From positions 114,678-134,677 of the forward strand of contig DUMO01000063.1 in NCBI GenBank assembly GCA_012839865.1: a DNA stretch of 20,000 bases. Direction: 5' to 3'. Every line of letters begins with the position of its first letter. Position 1 is the first letter of the stretch. This DNA is from Clostridiaceae bacterium. Lineage in GTDB: Bacteria > Bacillota > Clostridia > CAYPLH01 > DUMO01. Below are positions 7,659 through 14,157 of the stretch, piece after piece. Below the pieces are notes generated by a model. It was given only the letters and a program-made list of their open reading frames with translations, was not told the origin of the DNA and searched no databases. The translations under genes and the position numbers were made by a program.

Positions 7659-8522
7659 ATGGCTTTTAAATTGCGTTCATTTGTTCCAGCATTGGTTATA
7701 TTTGTCGCAGCAACCATTATATTTACCGGCTGCGCACCCCAAACAGGAAACGCACCCGGTCCTGGAACACAGCAAAACCCGGATATGGGTGGTTTGAATA
7801 ATGGTGGTATGAACCAAGACAACAATCTTTTGGGCATGGACAATAACCGTACTAACAGGATTGACAACCGTCCGGGAGCGGATAATAACATTAGGGACCG
7901 GGATAACAACCGTTTAGGCATGAATAACGGTCAACCGGAGATGAACAACAACCGTTTGGGAACAACCGGCAATAATCCTGCCGGAGCCGGAGATGACGAT
8001 GGTCGTTATACTGCTGACGAAAATGGAATTGTTGGGAACAGGACGGATACCCGGAACAATCTTACGGGGAACAATAATAACAACCTCAACGGGCCATTAA
8101 ACGGCAATACAGCTAATAACCGGAACAATCATTCAAATAGCAATGGAAATCAAAATAACAATGCCATGGTCAATCCTGGTTTGACTGCGCAGAACGACCG
8201 TCAAAGAGCAGAAAAAATAAGCAGCCGGGTTAAGGAATTGGATGAAGTGGAGGATGCCAACTGTCTGGTCAGCGGTAATACTATAATAGTTGGTTATAAA
8301 CCATCGGCAGGCTCTGGAGACATCAATGCAACAAAGAAGAGGATTATCGATGCTGTCAAACAGATTGACCAGAACGCCGGTACTGTCGCCGTATCTGAAT
8401 CCGGAGACATTATGGAGAAAATACGAAACCTTGCAAATGAAATTACAGCAAACAAACCTATGTCTGAAGTAAACCAGGAAATCAGACAATTGCTTGACAA
8501 AATAAACCCTGTCACCGGATAA
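7659..8522 (+). CDS. YhcN/YlaJ family sporulation lipoprotein with Asn-rich linker
   Basis: Signal peptide with lipobox FTGC (Cys25), long N/D/G/R-rich segment, and C-terminal RAEKISSRVKELDEVEDANCLVSGNTIIVG...VAVSESGDIMEKIRNLANEI domain. GGAGGTG RBS. Confidence 0.85.
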   Translation: MAFKLRSFVPALVIFVAATIIFTGCAPQTGNAPGPGTQQNPDMGGLNNGGMNQDNNLLGMDNNRTNRIDNRPGADNNIRDRDNNRLGMNNGQPEMNNNRLGTTGNNPAGAGDDDGRYTADENGIVGNRTDTRNNLTGNNNNNLNGPLNGNTANNRNNHSNSNGNQNNNAMVNPGLTAQNDRQRAEKISSRVKELDEVEDANCLVSGNTIIVGYKPSAGSGDINATKKRIIDAVKQIDQNAGTVAVSESGDIMEKIRNLANEITANKPMSEVNQEIRQLLDKINPVTG

Positions 8523-8541
8523 TTCAGGGTGCATTTGTAAG

Positions 8542-8892
8542 TTAAATCTCATTTTCAATGCACCGGGCTGCATAAGTTGCCAGCCTGGTTCCTTTTTTAT
8601 GATCAAAGGTTTGTATTGCTTTTATAAGTCCGATTGTACCAATAGAAATCAGGTCATCACTTTCATTGCTGTACGAACTGTATTTTTTGACAATATGAGC
8701 CACGAGCCTCAAGTTGCGTTCAATAAGAACGTTTCTTGCCTCCTCGTCTCCGTTTCTGAACCTGGTGAGATATTCTGTTTCTTCTTCAGGTGTAAGGGGT
8801 TGGGGAAAAGAATTAACATTTGAGACATAACCCAGCATTAAGCATACACCGTTCAATGCACCAAATAATACATGGATAATATTGGGGAACAA
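8542..8892 (-). CDS. sigK: sigK 5' half (pro-sequence to region 2), spoIVCB-equivalent segment
   Basis: TTG start 8 nt after AGGAGGT. Pro-peptide, then GYV...[53 protein letters not shown], then an immediate TAA at the junction. Confidence 0.96.
   Translation of the reverse strand: MFPNIIHVLFGALNGVCLMLGYVSNVNSFPQPLTPEEETEYLTRFRNGDEEARNVLIERNLRLVAHIVKKYSSYSNESDDLISIGTIGLIKAIQTFDHKKGTRLATYAARCIENEI
8544..8550 (-). repeat. att core at the sigK 5'-half junction (GAGATTT)
   Basis: Minus strand: tgcattgaaaat-GAGATTT-aacttacaaatg. Identical to 5918-5924. Confidence 0.9.
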
Positions 8893-8925
8893 AGCAAAGC
8901 ACCTCCTAAAAACAGGTCACCCTAT

Positions 8926-8954
8926 TACTATATGATTTTTTTCTACTGAAGGTG
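8926..8954 (-). promoter_or_regulatory. Candidate mother-cell (sigmaK/sigmaE-type) promoter of sigK
   Basis: Minus strand CACC-N16-CATATAGTA fits the mACm-N16-CATAnnnTa sigmaK consensus and lies 18 nt upstream of the RBS. Confidence 0.65.
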
Positions 8955-9151
8955 CATGTTTATATTGATATTATTATTGAATATTTTTATGTCAGTTGAT
9001 TAAGCAGTAAGTATATTGGATCAGACTGTGGCTCTTTTGCCGGTTGGCCTTCTTACCGGCAAGTTTCCCTAATTGATTAACCTGTTGGGTGACAGGCCGG
9101 TTTGTTCTACTTTCACTGGCTGGTTTGACAAGCTGGTTGGCTGTTTGATAT

Positions 9152-10813
9152 CTAATAACCTTTTATTAAAATTTCCCTGGCAATATCGGCAAATATAGGT
9201 GCTGCTGCTTCTCCCCCACTTTTTCCGTTTTCAACAAAAATGCTTACCGCATATCTGGGGCCGGCAATCGGAAAATAACCCGTAAACCATGCATGAATAA
9301 CCTTTTCGCCATTTACAACCTGACCTGTTTCAGCGCTCCCGGTCTTTCCTCCTGCCCCGCCGTATTCATCAACATTTGCCAGGATACCGGTACCGTTCCT
9401 GGTTGTCTGTTCCATCAAACGCCGCACTTTATCTGCTGTCCTTTTGGATATTACCCTGGTACCTTCGTCAATCCGCAAATTCCTTACTTTATTCCCCTGA
9501 CTGTCTACCACAGAGTCGACAATGTTTATTCTGTTCTTTATACCTCCATTGGCAATTGTTGCTGTCATTGCGGCAACCTGCAAAGGTGTGGCAAGTATAT
9601 CTCCCTGACCTATGGAAATATTTGCAACATCTCCGTCAGAATAGAATTTTCCGATTTCCGGGAGATTACCGCAGGATTCTTCAACCCCCTGCTTGTAAAT
9701 TCCCGTCTCTTCGCCAAAACCAAATTTTCCCGCCATATTTATTATATTCAGCGGTTTTAACTTTAATCCCATATTTATGAAATAGGCATTGCAGGAAAAA
9801 GCAAAAGCATCCTGAAGGTTAATCCATCCATGTCCTCCCTGGTCAAAGGAATGACACTTGAAACTGATATTACCCAGTCTTATATATCCTTCACAGTTGT
9901 AATATTCCTGCATCACTCCGCCTGATTCATAAAACACTGCAGCGTCAATTATTTTGAAAATGGAGCCTGGACTGTATGAAGCCACTGCCCTGTTAAACAA
10001 TTCGTTATTGCTGCTGTTTAGATATCTATCCACATTGTTTTGATCAAAATCGGGTTTGCTTACCATGGCAACTATATCACCCGTATTCACCTCAATAACC
10101 ACGGCTGCACCCTTTATTCCATATTTGTCCAATACATCCGAAACAATCTTTTGAATATGATAGTCAAGAGTTGTTTTGACATGAAGCATTTTTGAGTTCT
10201 TATCTGCTGAAAAAATCCTATATCCCAAACCTTGCACAGGGTTGCTTTTTGCATCCGTTATTACCGCAACACTGTTCTCGTCGTTATATTTCAGGACTTC
10301 CTCAAAAAACTTTTCTATCCCGGTTTCTCCGATTTGATCCGACTTTCTTAAATACCCGATGACATGACTTGCAACAGGTTCAGTATATCTTTTAAGAGAA
10401 TGAAGTAGCGTAACTCCCTGTATTCCAAGACTTTTCACTTTTTGTGCAGTGTCTTTGTCTGTCTCGAATAAAACAGGCTCACTCTTGAATTCCATTTCTT
10501 TTTGAAAAATATAAGAATCTATGTTAAGTGTATTGCATAATTTATCTATATCCTCATATTGCCCTCTCAAATAGGCGGGTTTTATTATGACCTGCACCTT
10601 CTCCTCCCTGTTTGTAAAGGGAATCTCATTTCTATCCAGTATGTTTCCCCGCATCTTTTCCAGTTGCAAGTTGACAAGCCGTTGTGAATAAGCAGCTTCA
10701 GAGAGTGAAGGCCCGTCGAAAATCTGAATTTTAAATGTACGTATTAAAAGCAGGCCTATAAAAAAAAATGTGATTTTTAATACAGTGTAGTATCTTTTAT
10801 TTTTCATTTTCAC
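9152..10813 (-). CDS. Class B penicillin-binding protein (transpeptidase; PbpI/SpoVD-like)
   Basis: N-terminal membrane anchor, RGNILDRN, GETGIEK, PGSIFK (SxxK), SCN (SxN), KTGSAE (KTG), HAWFTGYFP. The start is either GTG 10813 or ATG 10807. Confidence 0.88.
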   Translation of the reverse strand: MKMKNKRYYTVLKITFFFIGLLLIRTFKIQIFDGPSLSEAAYSQRLVNLQLEKMRGNILDRNEIPFTNREEKVQVIIKPAYLRGQYEDIDKLCNTLNIDSYIFQKEMEFKSEPVLFETDKDTAQKVKSLGIQGVTLLHSLKRYTEPVASHVIGYLRKSDQIGETGIEKFFEEVLKYNDENSVAVITDAKSNPVQGLGYRIFSADKNSKMLHVKTTLDYHIQKIVSDVLDKYGIKGAAVVIEVNTGDIVAMVSKPDFDQNNVDRYLNSSNNELFNRAVASYSPGSIFKIIDAAVFYESGGVMQEYYNCEGYIRLGNISFKCHSFDQGGHGWINLQDAFAFSCNAYFINMGLKLKPLNIINMAGKFGFGEETGIYKQGVEESCGNLPEIGKFYSDGDVANISIGQGDILATPLQVAAMTATIANGGIKNRINIVDSVVDSQGNKVRNLRIDEGTRVISKRTADKVRRLMEQTTRNGTGILANVDEYGGAGGKTGSAETGQVVNGEKVIHAWFTGYFPIAGPRYAVSIFVENGKSGGEAAAPIFADIAREILIKGY

Positions 10814-10921
10814 CTGAACAAATATTTTTGATGAGTATAATTTAAATCAAAGCTTTAAAATTGCCTTTTAAACAACATATAAATTATACCCACACTTGTT
10901 ACAGTTAATTCATTGTTCAGG

Positions 10922-12148
10922 CTACTCCTCCATAGACTTGCGGCGCAGCATGGTATATTTGCAAACGGGTTTGTCAAAATGGATATACACAATCATTTGA
11001 GGATGGGGAGCTACATCAATGGGGTCTCTTTCTTCATTTTCCATGACACCTATTTTTTGTATGAAATACTTCTCCCCGGGTACCACCACCTCAACTTCTT
11101 CACCCAAAAACATCCTGTTTCGCTGTTCCACCTTTGCCATGCCGGTTTCCTTGTCATAGTCAAGAACCAGTCCCACAAAATCATAGTCCCTTATATATAA
11201 ACTGGAACTGTAATTCTGGTCCTTTTCATCAGGTTTTCCGAAATAGAAACCTGTAGTGAAGTTTCTATGGCTCGCTTTAGAAACCTCCTCAAGATATTCA
11301 GGGTCAAATTTGTACCCCGCCGGATTGGAAAGATATCTGTCTATGGCGCGGCGGTATGCCCCCACAACCGTTGCCACATAATAGGAGCTCTTCATCCTTC
11401 CTTCGATTTTGAAGCTTGTAGCCCCTGAATTCATGATTTCGGGAATATGCTCTATCATGCAAAGGTCGTTTGAATTGAATATAAATGTACCTCTTTCGTC
11501 TTCATAAACCGGATAATATTTACCTGGCCTTTTTTCTTCCACAAGATTGTATTTCCACCTGCAGGGATGCGCGCATTCTCCCCTGTTTGAATCCCTGCCG
11601 GCCATGTAATTGGAAAGAAGGCACCTTCCGGAATATGAGATACACATTGCCCCGTGTATGAAAATCTCCAGTTCAACTTCCGGAACTTTTTCATGGATTT
11701 CCCTTACCTCCTGTAAAGAAAGCTCCCTTGCAAGTATAATTCTTTTTGCACCATTATCTTGCCAAAACTTTACACTTCTCCAATTGGTATTGCTTGCCTG
11801 TGTACTTATATGGATATCCATTTCGGGGTTGGTTTCCCGCACAATGGAGAAAACTGCAGGGTCTGAAACTATTATGGCATCCACTCCAAGTTTCGAGACT
11901 GCTTCAACGTATTCCGGCATGCCTTCAAGGTCGTTGTTGTGAGGTATTATGTTCATTGTAAGATATATCTTTTTCCCACTGGAATGGGCAATTTCTATAC
12001 CTTCTTTCAATTCATCAAATCCGAAATTGCCAGCAAAAGCCCGGAGCCCGTAATTGCGGCCTCCAAGATAAACCGCATCCGCCCCATAACAAAGGGCCAT
12101 CTTCAATTTTTCCAGGTTTCCTGCAGGTGCAAGCAATTCAAATCCCAT
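10922..12148 (-). CDS. U32 family protein, TrhP/YegQ-type tRNA hydroxylase
   Basis: ELLAPAG, GADAVYLGG, HISTQ, ILAREL, HGAMCISYSGRCLLS..SNRGECAHPCRW Cys cluster, SFKIEGRMKS, APHPQ. Start moved to ATG 12148 (GGAGGA RBS), giving 408 aa. Confidence 0.88.
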   Translation of the reverse strand: MGFELLAPAGNLEKLKMALCYGADAVYLGGRNYGLRAFAGNFGFDELKEGIEIAHSSGKKIYLTMNIIPHNNDLEGMPEYVEAVSKLGVDAIIVSDPAVFSIVRETNPEMDIHISTQASNTNWRSVKFWQDNGAKRIILARELSLQEVREIHEKVPEVELEIFIHGAMCISYSGRCLLSNYMAGRDSNRGECAHPCRWKYNLVEEKRPGKYYPVYEDERGTFIFNSNDLCMIEHIPEIMNSGATSFKIEGRMKSSYYVATVVGAYRRAIDRYLSNPAGYKFDPEYLEEVSKASHRNFTTGFYFGKPDEKDQNYSSSLYIRDYDFVGLVLDYDKETGMAKVEQRNRMFLGEEVEVVVPGEKYFIQKIGVMENEERDPIDVAPHPQMIVYIHFDKPVCKYTMLRRKSMEE

Positions 12149-12297
12149 ATATTCCTCCGATATATTAAAAAATACTTTTCCTGCCAATCTTTTTCATTTC
12201 ACACCTGTATAAAAAATCTCCACTTTACAGGTGAAGATTGTTTACTCAGGTCCTTTTAAAAATTCTCCGACCCATGGACTCAATTAATATCCGGCTG

Positions 12298-12936
12298 TTA
12301 TTTCTTATAGCTTATTGCCACTCCGTCTCCTATGGGCACGATTGTAGTTTCCAATTCCTCATTGTTGCAAAGGCTGCTGAGATAATCCCGCAATCTTTTG
12401 ACAATGGTTATTTTTCTTCTTACCACAAGCTTGTCATCGGCAATCATTCCCTTATAAAGAACATTATCTGATATAAGCAATCCACCAGGATTCAGCATTC
12501 TGATAACTTCAGGCAAAAATTCCGGATACTGTCCCTTTGCGGCATCCAGAAAAATCATGTCATATTTTTTATCAAGGCATTGCATGACATCAAGGGCATC
12601 TCCCGCAATTACATTTATTACATCATGCAGCCCCGCTTTTTTTATATTTTCCCTGGCTAAACTAATCATCAGGTCATACCGTTCAATTGTATCAATCTTA
12701 CCGCCGGGATTGAGTATCTGTGCCATCAGGATGGCTGAATAGCCTATGGCGGTTCCAGCCTCCAGAATGCGTGATGGCTTTAGCAATCGTCCAAGAATCA
12801 GTATAAGCCTGGCTACTTCAGGCTGAATTATCGGCACATGATTCTTTTTTGCATACTCCTCAAGCTCGGCAAGTATGCCGCTGTTTGGTTTGATTGTGTC
12901 TCTTATGTATTTATTTATAAAATCATAGCAAATCAT
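12298..12936 (-). CDS. trmR: O-methyltransferase, TrmR/YrrM-type
   Basis: VPIIQPE, ILEAGTAIGYSAI, TIER, GDAL, YDMIFLDAAKGQY, GGLLISDNVLYKG, PIGDGVAIS. It lies between mltG and the U32 gene as in the conserved yrrL-yrrM-yrrO order. Confidence 0.85.
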   Translation of the reverse strand: MICYDFINKYIRDTIKPNSGILAELEEYAKKNHVPIIQPEVARLILILGRLLKPSRILEAGTAIGYSAILMAQILNPGGKIDTIERYDLMISLARENIKKAGLHDVINVIAGDALDVMQCLDKKYDMIFLDAAKGQYPEFLPEVIRMLNPGGLLISDNVLYKGMIADDKLVVRRKITIVKRLRDYLSSLCNNEELETTIVPIGDGVAISYKK

Positions 12937-12941
12937 AATTC

Positions 12942-13077
12942 TTACCTTGCAACATCGTATTGTTTCATTGCCACTTTATATTTCTAAAGGATTTTTGAAA
13001 ATTGATGTTTTTTACCTTGCGACACCGTATTGTCTCATAGCAGCTTCATGTTCCTCAAGGGTTTTTGAAAAATGATG
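12942..13077. repeat. Diverged 66-bp tandem duplication of the mltG 3' end (70-bp period)
   Basis: 12942-13007 vs 13012-13077 match at 54/66 positions without gaps (aligned by hand). Confidence 0.9.
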
Positions 13078-14157
13078 GCTGCCGTCACCCTTGGCAACAA
13101 AATAATAGTAGTCATGGCTTTGGGGATTCAAAGCAGCTTCTATTGAAGCTTTTCCAGGACAACAAATTGGTCCCGGAGGAAGCCCTTCATGAATGTATGT
13201 ATTATAGGGGTCATCAATCTTTGTATCCTCAATAGAAATTACTTCTTTTATTTTTCCTTCTTTTTTAAATAATATATATTGGATTGTGGCGCAGGACTCC
13301 AACTTTTTGTGAAAAACATCCCCGCTTTTCAACCTGTTGTAGAATACACCTGCGATTATGGCTCTTTCCTCCGGCAGCTTGGCTTCCCTTTCAATAATAG
13401 AAGCCAGGGTGATAATCTCATCCACCGTCATGCCCAGTTCCCTGGCCTTATCATAGTATTCAGGCAGAAAGATATCATCAAACCTTAGCAGCAACCTCTC
13501 AATGATGTCTTTTTCTTTTGCATCGGAACCAAATTCATAGGTATCAGGATACAAATACCCCTCAAACCTGGGTTTTCGCCCATTGGGAATATCCTTCAGG
13601 GATTTTAAGTCAAGGTTCAGATTATTGGCAGCTTCTTCAAAAACATCTTTGGATATCAAGTTCAACTTGTCAAGCATACTGACAATCTGGTACCAATTAT
13701 ATCCTTCCGGTATGGTTACCCTCACCGCCTGCGGGTTTTGTATCAAAATATCCATTATCTGCGTATATTTCAACCCTTTTGCAACAATATGGTTTCCGGA
13801 TTTGTATTTATTGTCGTAACCTTCAAAAGAAGATATCAACCTGAAAAGAAACTCTGAGCCTATTAACTCTTCTTCTTTTAATATTGAAGCAATCTTTGAG
13901 GTGCTTGAGCCCAAAGGTATGTTTATCACAATCTGTTCCTCAGGAGGAATGTATATTGCCACACTTTCCCTGGTGCCCGAATTTATGGCATATTTGTAGG
14001 CAACAACAAAGCCTGCCATCATCAGAATAATATATAAAGTAATCAAGGCTATTATTTTTATAGCCTTTTTACCTCCGCCGCTTCCGGAATCCCTGTTATT
14101 ATTTTTTCTATTAGATGAACCGTTTATTGAGCTGCCTGCACCAGCCACTATAATCAC
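13012..14157 (-). CDS. mltG: Endolytic transglycosylase MltG
   Basis: Membrane anchor, VTIPEG, FEGYLYPDTY, LASIIEREA (catalytic Glu), VFYNRL, YNTY...GLPPGPI, YYYFV. The start is either GTG 14157 (overlaps the typA stop) or GTG 14148 (5 nt after AAGGTGA). Confidence 0.94.
   Translation of the reverse strand: MIIVAGAGSSINGSSNRKNNNRDSGSGGGKKAIKIIALITLYIILMMAGFVVAYKYAINSGTRESVAIYIPPEEQIVINIPLGSSTSKIASILKEEELIGSEFLFRLISSFEGYDNKYKSGNHIVAKGLKYTQIMDILIQNPQAVRVTIPEGYNWYQIVSMLDKLNLISKDVFEEAANNLNLDLKSLKDIPNGRKPRFEGYLYPDTYEFGSDAKEKDIIERLLLRFDDIFLPEYYDKARELGMTVDEIITLASIIEREAKLPEERAIIAGVFYNRLKSGDVFHKKLESCATIQYILFKKEGKIKEVISIEDTKIDDPYNTYIHEGLPPGPICCPGKASIEAALNPQSHDYYYFVAKGDGSHHFSKTLEEHEAAMRQYGVAR

Larger units (their letters stand above)
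5918..8550. mobile_element. Minimal sigK-intervening (skin) element, 2,626 bp excised unit
   Basis: Splits sigK, is bounded by 7-bp direct repeats (AAATCTC on +) and encodes a SpoIVCA-like recombinase. Removing one repeat plus the interval gives ...GAA AAT GAG ATT TTA ATG CAG... (ENEILMQ), 116+118 = 234 aa. Confidence 0.94.

Noticed and set aside
7788..8183. aac/aat-rich repeats as a CRISPR array or DNA-level repeat element
   Set aside because: They are in-frame Asn codons of the lipoprotein, with no constant repeat-spacer structure.
8133..8606. 157-aa minus-strand ORF crossing the sigK junction
   Set aside because: Antisense to the lipoprotein domain and out of frame with sigK, with no recognisable motifs.
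9037..9062. Hairpin TTGCCGGT-N10-ACCGGCAA as the PBP terminator
   Set aside because: The 8-bp stem is real, but there is no U-tract on the minus strand, so it is not called a terminator.
9124..9133. Second SpoIIID-like box TTTGACAAGC upstream of sigK
   Set aside because: About 170 bp from the predicted -35, and a short motif that could occur by chance.
12202..12233. CACCTGTA-N16-TACAGGTG inverted repeat between trmR and the U32 gene
   Set aside because: Large loop and no U-tract on the coding strand, so no function can be supported.
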